Assembly (NCBI GenBank): GCA_964581305.1
Contig: CAZONC010000004.1
Coordinates: 1,848-37,409 of the forward strand
Direction: 5' to 3'
DNA length: 35,562 bases
Source of the DNA: an uncultured archaeon
GTDB lineage: Archaea > Aenigmatarchaeota > Aenigmatarchaeia > CG10238-14 > SCSR01
The translations under genes and the position numbers were made by a program. This document shows, piece after piece, positions 1-8,580 of this stretch (positions within the stretch are counted from its first letter, which is position 1; every line of letters begins with the position of its first letter). The notes under the pieces were generated by a model. The model made no database searches. It saw only the letters and a program-made list of their open reading frames with translations, and was not told where the DNA came from.

Positions 1-74
1 GAATTGTTTTTGAGAAAAAGATTTTATCTAAGCTAAAACTTTTTACTTTCAAATTAAAATTTTAATTTAAAAAT

Positions 75-224
75 ATGAGAAAGGAATGTCCAAATAAAGA
101 AGAAAATGAGAAAGATTGTCCGTGTGAAGAAGTTGAATGTCCACGACATGGTATATGTTGTCTTTGCATTAGATATCATTTAAAAAGTAAGCAATGGCCT
201 TTTCCTGCATGTTTAAGAAAATAA
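75..224 (+). CDS. Small Cys-rich protein, DUF6485-like (49 aa, below ORF-track cutoff)
   Basis: Manual translation MRKECPNKEENEKDCPCEEVECPRHGICCLCIRYHLKSKQWPFPACLRK; CxC...CxRxGxCCxCIxYH...PAC pattern recalled from DUF6485. Confidence 0.7.
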   Translation: MRKECPNKEENEKDCPCEEVECPRHGICCLCIRYHLKSKQWPFPACLRK

Positions 225-475
225 TAGAAAATTTTATAAATAGTGACGTTCTAATTAATTTTTGCCGGTGTTAGTATGTCTAGCTAATTTAAACATCGGC
301 CTTTTATTTAGCGATGATTTCGTGCTTTTTCTGATTCGATGAAGATAAGGGCACCTTATGAGCAATTTGATGCAACTCCTTATTTGCGTAAGGGGTGAAG
401 TGTTGAGGTTGATGATTAAAAGTTTGATCTGATAAAAAGATGAAGACGAACTGTCTATAAGAAACCGTAAGATGA

Positions 476-512
476 TACATCATAGGTTTGTGGCCAAAGA
501 GGTCTGGAAAAG
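476..512 (+). other. 5' arm of pre-23S processing stem with BHB motif
   Basis: Pairs with 3673-3709; central helix GCCA (493-496)/TGGC (3686-3689) with 3-nt bulges AAG (497-499) and AAA (3690-3692). Confidence 0.9.
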
Positions 513-2534
513 GCTAAACCACTTGGTGGATGGCTTGGCTCCAGCACCGAAGAAGGACGTGGCAAGCTGCGATAAGCCTGGGTTAGCCGCATGCAGGCTT
601 CGACCCCAGGATCTCCGAATGGGAATCCTTGCCCGTTAAGGGCAATTCCGAAAGGAAGGGGAACGCCGGGAAGTGAAACATCTTAGTACCGGCAGGAAAA
701 GAAATCAATTGAGATGCCGTTAGTAAGGGCGACTGAAAGCGGCACAGACCAAACCGAACGGCTGTCGAAAGACAGTACGGATGTGGAGTTGTAGGACCTG
801 GGTACTTCTTCGCTTTCCGACCCGAAGTGAGCTGGAAAGCTCCGCCAAAGAGAGTGATAGCCTCGTAGGGGAAGGAAAGAAAGAAGATTCCCAGGTATCC
901 TGAGTACTGCTCCTTGGATATGGAGTAGGAAGCTGCGGGGCATTAACCTGCAAGTCTAAATATGTCTGGAGTCCGATAGCGCACTAGTATCGTGAGAGAA
1001 AGCTGAAAAGTACCGCGAAAGCGGGGTGAAAAGAGCCTGAAACCAAGTGGTGAAAGTCAGATATGGCCCGAAAGGTTTTGTTCCGAAGGAAAGCCTCGCA
1101 AGGGGCGAGTACGAGGAACAAATTACAGGGTCATATCGTCCGTTTTGAAAAACGGGGCAGGGAGTGTATCTCAGTGGCGAGGATAAGTGGTTCAAACCAC
1201 GGATCCGTAGCGAAAGCGATAAGCACGTAGCCCGAAAAGGGTGTGGTGCACTGTACGAAAGTGCAGGTAGTCACTGGGATACGACCAGAAGCCAGTCGAG
1301 CTAACCCCGGACAGGGTGAAGCCTCTCGAAAGAGGGGTGGAGGCCCGCTACCGGTGTTGAGATGCCAATCACTCGGGTGATCCGGGGTTAGGGGTGAAAA
1401 GCCTATCGAGACTGGGGATAGCTGGTTCCTCCCGAAATGCATCTCAGTGCAGCCTGGCCTGAGGAAAATGACCTGGTAGAGTTACTGATTGGACGGTCAA
1501 GGTGCGAAAGCATCAGCCGTCCTGTCAAACTCCGAACAGGTCATTTCCGTAGAAGGCCGGAGTGAGGGTGCCGGGGTAAGCTCGGCATCCGAGAGGGGAA
1601 CAACCCAGACCAAGGTTAAGGTCCCTAAATGCTAGCTAAACGAGGAAGGGAGTCCAAATCCTTAGACAGCAGGGCTGTAGGCTTAGAAGCAGCCATCAGA
1701 TAATAAGTGCGTAACAGCTTACCTGCCGAGGATTTGGGCCCCGAAAATGGAAGGGACTAAGCTAGCTACCGAGACCTTGGAGCTCGAAAGAGCTGGTAGG
1801 GAGGCGTTCTGCGTGGGCAGAAGCCTCTGCGTGAGCAGGGGTGGACCGCGCAGAAATGAAGATCCTGCCATGAGTAGCAGCATAGCTAGGTGAGAATCCT
1901 AGCCACCTGAAGGATAAGGGTTTGCCAGCAATGTTCGTCAGCTGGCGGTTAGTCGGTCCTAAGGGCTTGCTTAACCGACAAGCCCGAAAAGGGAAATGGT
2001 TTAATATTACCATACCATGAGGGTACGTGCGGCAACGCAAGCCAAGTTTCCGACGCTTTTGGATAGGCCGACGCAAGTTAACCGTGTAAGCCTGCGGAGT
2101 CTCGTAATGAGGAGAAGCAGGTGAAAACGGGAATAGCTCTGCGTATGCAGAGTTCGGCTGATTCCAAGAGCCAGTGAAAAGGAAACTTGGAAGGATCCCT
2201 CATGACCGTACCGAGAACCGGAACAGGTATCCTCGCTGAGAAGGCGAAGGTGTGTTAGGACAACCCAGCCCAGGGAAATCGGCAAATTGGCTGCGTATCT
2301 TCGGTAGAAGCAGTGCCTGTGATCCTGAAACAGGAGTTCTGCTTAGCAGAGCGACTGTGGAGGGATCGCAGGTCGCAGTGACAAGGAGGGGGCGACTGTT
2401 TAACAAAAACGCTGGAGACTGCTAGTCGGAAACGATGTGTACAGTCTCTGATGCCTGCCCAGCACCGGTGTGTGAAGCCCTGGTTCAACAGGGTGAAGCC
2501 CCGGTTAGCGGCGGCGGTAACCCTGACCGTCGTA

Positions 2535-2579
2535 ACCAAGGCGGTCATATGATTTCATGATGCGCCGCCTGGGCGGCAT
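2535..2579 (+). other. 23S rRNA BHB intron 1 (45 nt), after E. coli-equivalent position 1927
   Basis: Insertion between H69 and GTAGCG; helix GTCG (2529-2532)/CGGC (2574-2577), bulges TAA and ATA, inner stem AGGCGG/CCGCCT. Confidence 0.85.
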
Positions 2580-2946
2580 AAGTAGCGTAATCCCTTGCCG
2601 TTTAAATGACGGCCCGTTGAACGGCTTAACGACCTCCTCGCTGTCCCGGGCTGGGACCTAGCGAAATTGCCTTTCCGGTGAATAGGCCGGAGACCTCCAG
2701 TGGGAAACGTAGACCCCGTAGAGCTTTACTGCAGTCTGATGCTGTGGTGTGGTTACAATTACATAGAGTAGCTAGGACTCGTTGAGGCTTGGCCTCCGGG
2801 CCAAAGCTGAGAGGAAAGTGTAACACTAGCTTTTTGTAACTGCACCGCTAACCCGAAGAGGGGACACCATCAGATGGGCAGTTCGGCTGGGGCGGTACGC
2901 CCTTGAAAAGATATCAAGGGCGCCCTAAGCTCAGCTCATCCGGGTC

Positions 2947-3034
2947 ATGATAGAAGTTGGCAATGATTTGATCGCTCCGGAATGACTACATGATTTCAGA
3001 GGTAGCTGATGAGCACCAACTTCTATCACCCGAA
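2947..3034 (+). other. 23S rRNA BHB intron 2 (88 nt), after E. coli-equivalent position about 2306 (H84 loop)
   Basis: Perfect 13-bp stem 2948-2960/3016-3028, helix CGGG/CCCG, bulges TCA and AAA; splicing restores GGGTCAGAAATCC. Confidence 0.92.
2961..3014 (+). ncRNA. Putative intron-encoded box C/D guide sRNA
   Basis: C ATGATTT 2963-2969, 12-nt spacer, D' ATGA 2982-2985, C' ATGATTT 2990-2996, 12-nt spacer, D ATGA 3009-3012; each spacer has 9-bp complementarity to this 23S. Confidence 0.7.
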
Positions 3035-3206
3035 AGAAATCCGGAGTAGAGTGTAAGCGCAAAAGCTGGGCTGACTGGATCTCGCAAAGCGAGAGATCCA
3101 GGTGCGAAAGCAGGGGCTAGCGATACATCGGCTGGTCTTAATGGCCGCCGGTGGTATCAGAAAAGCTACCTCGGGGATAATGGGCCCGTGGCCGGTGAAA
3201 GTCCAC

Positions 3207-3234
3207 AGCTGGGGTCTACTTTCCTAGCGGATAG
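3207..3234 (+). other. 23S rRNA BHB intron 3 (28 nt), after E. coli-equivalent position about 2477 (H89 loop)
   Basis: Helix GTCC (3201-3204)/GGAT (3229-3232), bulges ACA and AGA, inner stem GCTGGG/CCTAGC; splicing restores GTCCACATTGAC. Confidence 0.9.
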
Positions 3235-3333
3235 ATTGACCCGGCGCGTTGGTGCGTCGTTGTTGGCTCCCCCCCTCCTGGCCGTGCAGCAGCGGCCAAG
3301 GGTACAGGTGCCCACTGGTTAAAGGGGGACGTT

Positions 3334-3367
<34 letters not shown>

Positions 3368-3672
3368 GCTATCTACTGGAGGTGCTGGCTGTCTGACCGG
3401 AAGGAAGCATTAGTACGAAAGGAACGTGCTTCCGTGGCCTCTGGTGTACCGGTTGTGCTTTTGCACCGCCGGGTAGCTACGCCATAGCAGATAACCCCTG
3501 AAGGCATCTAAGGGGGAAACTGCCCGGAAAAATAGACAGCCACTCGCTCGACTGCTGAGAAATCAGCGGAAGAGCGACGAAGGCCCTCGTAGACGACGAG
3601 GTTGATGGGGCAGGAGTGTACGCCTCGAGCTTTCGAGCGAGAGGTTCAGCTCACTGCTCCCAAAAGCCTGAG

Positions 3673-3709
3673 CTTTTCCAGACCTTGGCAAACACAAACC
3701 TGTGATGTA
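3673..3709 (+). other. 3' arm of pre-23S processing stem with BHB motif
   Basis: CTTTTCCAGACCT-TGGC-AAA-CACAAACCTGTGATGTA is complementary to 476-512. Confidence 0.9.
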
Positions 3710-3837
3710 GAAGAGGCAATTGCATTATTCAAAGGTATTCTAACATGAAAGATTATTGATGTACGCATGATAGGAGAGGTTGTTGCAATTAGCCAGGAAA
3801 ATAATATAGATTTGAAATAAACTTACTAAGATTGCTT

Positions 3838-3930
3838 ATGAAGTACTGTAATAAATGTAATAAACAATTTCCTGATAAAATGAAAAAATGTCCTGAGTGT
3901 GGAAATAAATTAGTTAGGCTTGCATACTAA
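3838..3930 (+). CDS. Zinc-ribbon microprotein (30 aa) or gene remnant
   Basis: MKYCNKCNKQFPDKMKKCPECGNKLVRLAY, two CxxC knuckles. Confidence 0.5.
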   Translation: MKYCNKCNKQFPDKMKKCPECGNKLVRLAY

Positions 3931-3932
3931 TT

Positions 3933-4322
3933 TTATTTTAGTTCTTTAAGTGTCTTTATTCCCATAACTTCAAAATAAGGTATTTCCTCACCCGGCTTTA
4001 CTTTTTCTTTTATTTCTTCAGGTATATCTAGTTCAACCACAGAAAAATCTTGAAGATCCATTATTTGTGCTTTGTTACCCATTATTGCTAAAACCTGGGC
4101 AGATTTTTTAATTACTATTGGAACTTCTACTGTTTCGTCTGCAGGCTTAACAATACTTCGTCTTTTTCCATCAAGCAGCCCAATCGCATCAACCCGACAT
4201 TTTGCTGCACCATGTTTTCCAGAAGTACTAACTGCAACTTTTTCAACTCGACATGGCACACCGTCTATTAAAATAAAACCATTGGGTTTAAGTTCTTTTA
4301 TAACAGCTGTGGTTTTTTCCAT
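3933..4322 (-). CDS. eif5a: Translation factor aIF5A
   Basis: GKHGAAK hypusine loop, VEVPIVIKKSAQV; ATG at 4322. Confidence 0.95.
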   Translation of the reverse strand: MEKTTAVIKELKPNGFILIDGVPCRVEKVAVSTSGKHGAAKCRVDAIGLLDGKRRSIVKPADETVEVPIVIKKSAQVLAIMGNKAQIMDLQDFSVVELDIPEEIKEKVKPGEEIPYFEVMGIKTLKELK

Positions 4323-4326
4323 CAAA

Positions 4327-4542
4327 TCACTTTTTTGCTAATAAAATATCTTCTCTTTTAACTGTAACACGTTTTGCATGATGAGCATATGCAACAGCAT
4401 CAGCTGCAATTGCATTGCTAATTTCAACTAAAACATTTTTTAATTCCTTTACAGCTGAGAGTGAAACACGATCTACCCCAACTTCTTTACCAGCCTTTTT
4501 CAAAATTTTTTCTAATGGTAGTAGTGGAAAGTCTTTTGTCAT
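4327..4542 (-). CDS. Archaeal histone
   Basis: Histone fold: RVS...A...AHHAKRVTVKREDILLA. Confidence 0.92.
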   Translation of the reverse strand: MTKDFPLLPLEKILKKAGKEVGVDRVSLSAVKELKNVLVEISNAIAADAVAYAHHAKRVTVKREDILLAKK

Positions 4543-4569
4543 ATAATTAATTATTATCTATATATTTTT

Positions 4570-5049
4570 ATGAAAGCACTCCTTGACACCTCAGCATTGA
4601 TTTATCTAAACGATTTTAGAAAATTTAAGAAAATTTTTACTGTTACAGAAGTGCTAGATGAAATTAAAGATAGAAACACACTACTTAAATTGTCTGGACT
4701 TAAGATAGAGGTGCTTGAACCAAAAAAAGAAACAGTAAATGAAATAAAAAATATTGCAAGAAAAACAGGTGATTTGGAGAAATTATCAAAAACTGATTTA
4801 AAAATTTTAGCGTTAGCGAAAGAAACAGGTTCGACCATAATTTCAGACGATTACTGTATCCAAAATGTTGCACAGAAAATAGGAATTAATTACATTTCAC
4901 TTTTCAGCAAAAAAATAACAAAATTAATAAAATGGAAAAAATTTTGTCCGATCTGTAGAAGATATTTTGGAAATGGAAAAATATGTCCTTTTTGTGGTGA
5001 AAAATTGATAAGGCTACCTACTAAAATTAAAAAAATACGAAATCTTTAA
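4570..5049 (+). CDS. nob1: Nob1-like PIN endonuclease with zinc ribbon
   Basis: LDTSA, LSKTD, SDDY-IQNVA PIN motifs; CPIC...CPFCG. Confidence 0.9.
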   Translation: MKALLDTSALIYLNDFRKFKKIFTVTEVLDEIKDRNTLLKLSGLKIEVLEPKKETVNEIKNIARKTGDLEKLSKTDLKILALAKETGSTIISDDYCIQNVAQKIGINYISLFSKKITKLIKWKKFCPICRRYFGNGKICPFCGEKLIRLPTKIKKIRNL

Positions 5050-5097
5050 ATACCTTTCGATATAAAATTTAATAAGCTTTTGGTTTGAAATTTTTAC

Positions 5098-6039
5098 TTG
5101 AAAGTGATTAAATTGGCAAAAAAACATGGTACAAAATGCCCTGATTGCGGAAGCTATCAATTTATTGAAGATCCTATAAGAGCAGAGCTAATTTGTAGAA
5201 AGTGTGGACTTGTAATGAAGGAAGAGCTGATTGATACAGGTCAGGAGTGGCGTGCATTTGATAGTGAACAAATGTCAAAAAGAGCACGATCAGGAGCTCC
5301 TTTAACATTTACAAAACATGATAAAGGAATGACAACAGAAATAGGTAAAGGTCTAGGTGAACTTTACAAAGTTCCTACAAAAAAGCGTGCACAATATTAC
5401 CGATTAACTAAGTGGCATAAAAGACTTATAAGATCGAAAGATAGAAACCTTTCTTTTGCTTTATCAGAACTTCAAAGAATTGTTTCATTCCTAAATTTAT
5501 CGCGAAGTATGCATGAACGAATCGCTAGATATTACGGCGAGGCAGTTGATAAAGGTCTTGTGCGAGGAAGAAGTATTGAGTCTGTGATTGCTGCACTAAC
5601 TTATGTTGTTTGCCGTGAGTTTGGTTCACCAAGAGCTATTGATGAAATAGCGCAAGCATCAGGAGTGGATCGAAGAGAAATTGGTCGAACATATCGATAT
5701 ATTGCACGTGAGTTGAAGTTGCGAATTCTACCAGCCGATCCAATAACATATATTCCACGTTTTTGTTCAATGCTTGGTTTAAGTGATAAAGTTCAAGCAA
5801 AAGCTATAGAGATTTTGAAAAAAGCAAAAAAACATGATATAACTTCTGGTAAAGGGCCAACCGGTGTGGCGGCAGCTGCAATTTATATAGCATGTGTTTT
5901 GTCAGATGAAAAAAGAACTCAGAGAGAGGTTGCAGATATTTGTGGTATTACAGAAGTTACAATCAGAAATAGATACAAAGAACTTGTGGAAAAACTTGGA
6001 ATAGAGGAAGAGGTAGAGAAAAAGGCAAAAGAAGAGTAA
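5098..6039 (+). CDS. tfb: Transcription initiation factor B
   Basis: CPDCG zinc ribbon, EWRAF B-reader, two cyclin repeats, TEVTIRNRYKE; start may be a few codons later. Confidence 0.97.
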   Translation: MKVIKLAKKHGTKCPDCGSYQFIEDPIRAELICRKCGLVMKEELIDTGQEWRAFDSEQMSKRARSGAPLTFTKHDKGMTTEIGKGLGELYKVPTKKRAQYYRLTKWHKRLIRSKDRNLSFALSELQRIVSFLNLSRSMHERIARYYGEAVDKGLVRGRSIESVIAALTYVVCREFGSPRAIDEIAQASGVDRREIGRTYRYIARELKLRILPADPITYIPRFCSMLGLSDKVQAKAIEILKKAKKHDITSGKGPTGVAAAAIYIACVLSDEKRTQREVADICGITEVTIRNRYKELVEKLGIEEEVEKKAKEE

Positions 6040-6099
6040 GTAAATGGACAATTATCATGCTACACGTGCTATCGAAAAATGCTTTAAGAGAATGAGCGC

Positions 6100-6594
6100 C
6101 TATCCCAATAAATTATGTTTTATTTTATCACAGAAGATTTTAAGTTTCATTTTTTGCTCTATATCTTTTTCTTTCAGTCTATGCTCCTGAATTTTTTCTT
6201 TGTCAAATATATGAATTACCGTGTATCTTAGCTTAGCAAGCTCATGCGCAACATATCTTCGATGGCACCTAAACCAAAGCGCTTCTGCACAGAGTATTGC
6301 TATTGTTTTTTCATCAGCTATTTGCAGAAGTTTTTTTATCCCATCTGCAAATTCCTTTGTTTGTGTAAAAGCCGCATAACCACCGACCCTATATCCACCA
6401 AGTTCTGGAAAATGAACATATTGTATGTTGTTTTTAGCTAATTCATTTTCCAAATTTTCTTTATTGAAATGAGGAAATTTTTTGCTTGAAGGAAATCGCC
6501 GTATATCAATTACCAACTCTATTTGAAATTTTTTTAAAATTGAGAGGAAATCCTCTAAAGTTCGGGTTGAATGACCAATGGTATAAATTTTCAT
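6100..6594 (-). CDS. DUF488 family protein
   Basis: IYTIGHS, DIRRFP-S, LGG, CAE...CHR motifs. Confidence 0.9.
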   Translation of the reverse strand: MKIYTIGHSTRTLEDFLSILKKFQIELVIDIRRFPSSKKFPHFNKENLENELAKNNIQYVHFPELGGYRVGGYAAFTQTKEFADGIKKLLQIADEKTIAILCAEALWFRCHRRYVAHELAKLRYTVIHIFDKEKIQEHRLKEKDIEQKMKLKIFCDKIKHNLLG

Positions 6595-6604
6595 AATTAA
6601 ATAT

Positions 6605-7771
6605 TCATTTTTCTTTACCAATTTTTCCTTTAAGTGCTTTTGCTAGCTCGTGAATTAGTTTTCTAACCCATTCTCTCATTTCATAGACATCTTTATCAGG
6701 AATTTCTGTAATTTTCTTCTGTTCAACCAACCTTTTCATATCTTCAACTTTTTTCCAAACATCCCAATAGTAACTTTCTATAAGTTTTCTATCAATAAGT
6801 TCTTTTTTAAAAGTCGTACCGAGCTCTCCTTCTTTTTCTGGAATTTTCTTTAGCGTTTTTAGTGCAGCAATAGCTGCTTTATGCATAACCTCATACGTTC
6901 TTTCAATAATTTTTTCTTTTTTCTTTTGTTCGAGTGCATTTAATAAGCTAAACATTTTATTAACAAATTTTTCTGCTTTTGCAATCCATTCATCCACAAA
7001 AGCACCAGTAACCTCTGATAGTTCCTTATGCTCAATCTTCTTCCTTATTTCGATTATTTCCTTTAGCCATTCTGCATATTCTGGCTCAAGTATACCTGGC
7101 TCCACCAAAAATTTTTTCACATCTTCATATGCTTTACTAGGAACTGGCGGTGCAAGTCCCATGAACATTAGGACAGCTTGAGCAGTATTTAGCATTGCAT
7201 AATAACAATCTTCTGCCAGCATGAGAAGTTTAACCGTTTTAGCTCTCATTAATTTTTTCGGCGCACCTTCCATGTAATTTTCTATTGCTTCTCTTGTTCC
7301 AGGAATTTTCCCTGCAAGTAAAAGTCTTTTCCATGGACCAAAAAATCCTGTATCATAAATTGGAATACCTTCTTTTATGAAATTGTAAATTATTGGATGA
7401 CAGACTCGCGCATAATCTGTAAATTCTGTCAATGTATAACTTGGCTGAACAGAAATTAAGCACGTTTTTTCTTCTTTTCCTTTTTCATTTTTTGTTGTTA
7501 TGATAGCCTCAGGTATGGATTTAGCAATTTTTTCCAGATCTTCATCGATTTTTTCATGAAGCTCTGGCGTAATTTTAAAAGTGGTATCATCTAGCACAAC
7601 AAAAACGTCTATGTCACTTTTTGGCTTAAATTCTTCACGGGCAACAGAACCCATCATTACTATGCATTTTACATATTTACCATATTTTTTTAGAACTTTT
7701 TTTGCAAATTTCTTTACTGCATCTATTCTTTTCTCTTTTTCTGACAGTTCCTTTTTGCTTTTTTTTGACAT
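6605..7771 (-). CDS. Pol-beta-type nucleotidyltransferase fused to HEPN-like domain(s)
   Basis: GSVAR...SDIDVFVVLDD catalytic motif; YYAMLNTAQAVL helix and RKKIEH (Rx4H); extra C-terminal helical repeat. Confidence 0.8.
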   Translation of the reverse strand: MSKKSKKELSEKEKRIDAVKKFAKKVLKKYGKYVKCIVMMGSVAREEFKPKSDIDVFVVLDDTTFKITPELHEKIDEDLEKIAKSIPEAIITTKNEKGKEEKTCLISVQPSYTLTEFTDYARVCHPIIYNFIKEGIPIYDTGFFGPWKRLLLAGKIPGTREAIENYMEGAPKKLMRAKTVKLLMLAEDCYYAMLNTAQAVLMFMGLAPPVPSKAYEDVKKFLVEPGILEPEYAEWLKEIIEIRKKIEHKELSEVTGAFVDEWIAKAEKFVNKMFSLLNALEQKKKEKIIERTYEVMHKAAIAALKTLKKIPEKEGELGTTFKKELIDRKLIESYYWDVWKKVEDMKRLVEQKKITEIPDKDVYEMREWVRKLIHELAKALKGKIGKEK

Positions 7772-7784
7772 TAAATCATCTTTC

Positions 7785-8570
7785 TTATTCTTCACCAACT
7801 ATTTCTTTGGGCAATAACTTTTTAAATCTATCGATAATGTCTTTTGTCAAATTCAAAGCCAGTTTCAAATGATCTGTTGTTATATCTTTTATTTTTTTAT
7901 GATCTATATCTTTCCATAGTTTGTCCAGCCGCTTAAATTTTCTTACATATTCAGCCTCAATTTTTCGCTCTTTTACCAGTTTTTTCAAAAATTTTGGAAT
8001 CATTTTTGCATCAGGCTGTTCTTTGAAATAGTACATTATCACTGATTGACAAATATCAAGTGCACTATATCTTAGCTCAAAAATCAGACTTTTCATATCA
8101 ATTTTAATTTTTTTGTATCTTCCTTCTGCAGCCTTTGCTTTTAATTTAATTGTTTCTTCGCTTGGAGGAAGTAAACCCATTGTCAGCATTCTTTGTACCG
8201 GTTTAATAAAACCAGTGTCGTATATTATAAGACCGTATCTTAGAAAATTGATCAATTCAGGCGAGCCGAGTTTAACCCAACTCCAAAATTCAGTCAAGGT
8301 AGTTATTTGAATATGAAGATTGCGCAACTCATGTGCAATTAAATATAGCTGTGTATTTACTTTTTCTAAATCTTCTGAGCTTTTGGTTGCTGTATCATCC
8401 ACTATAACCCACACATCAATGTCAGATCCCTTTTTCATCATGCCTCTAGCCGCAGAACCGAATATAAGAACAGATTTAATTATATCTCCATATTGTTTTC
8501 TTGCTTCATTTGTAAATTGCACGACTTTTGTATGTATTTCTTCTTTACCAATTTTTTCACTTTCTTTCAT
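7785..8570 (-). CDS. Pol-beta-type nucleotidyltransferase with degenerate HEPN-like domain (paralog of downstream gene)
   Basis: FGSAARG...SDIDVWVIVDD; shares LTEF and IYDTGF motifs with neighbour; WKDIDH replaces Rx4H. Confidence 0.8.
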   Translation of the reverse strand: MKESEKIGKEEIHTKVVQFTNEARKQYGDIIKSVLIFGSAARGMMKKGSDIDVWVIVDDTATKSSEDLEKVNTQLYLIAHELRNLHIQITTLTEFWSWVKLGSPELINFLRYGLIIYDTGFIKPVQRMLTMGLLPPSEETIKLKAKAAEGRYKKIKIDMKSLIFELRYSALDICQSVIMYYFKEQPDAKMIPKFLKKLVKERKIEAEYVRKFKRLDKLWKDIDHKKIKDITTDHLKLALNLTKDIIDRFKKLLPKEIVGEE

Positions 8571-8580
8571 AATTATCAAA

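Noticed and set aside
225-475. Possible gene or 16S remnant upstream of 23S
   Set aside because: Stops in the candidate frames and no rRNA motifs; cannot assign
683-2826. Nine minus-strand ORFs in the ORF track
   Set aside because: Antisense to 23S rRNA; artefacts of GC-rich structural RNA
2535-3234. Homing endonuclease or group I intron in the 23S insertions
   Set aside because: Insertions are 28-88 nt with BHB ends, no ORF and no group I core
6605-8570. CBASS or classical MNT-HEPN toxin-antitoxin call
   Set aside because: No recognisable CD-NTase features or Cap effectors; both genes are NTase fusions and lack the Rx4HxY Tyr, so a named system is not supported
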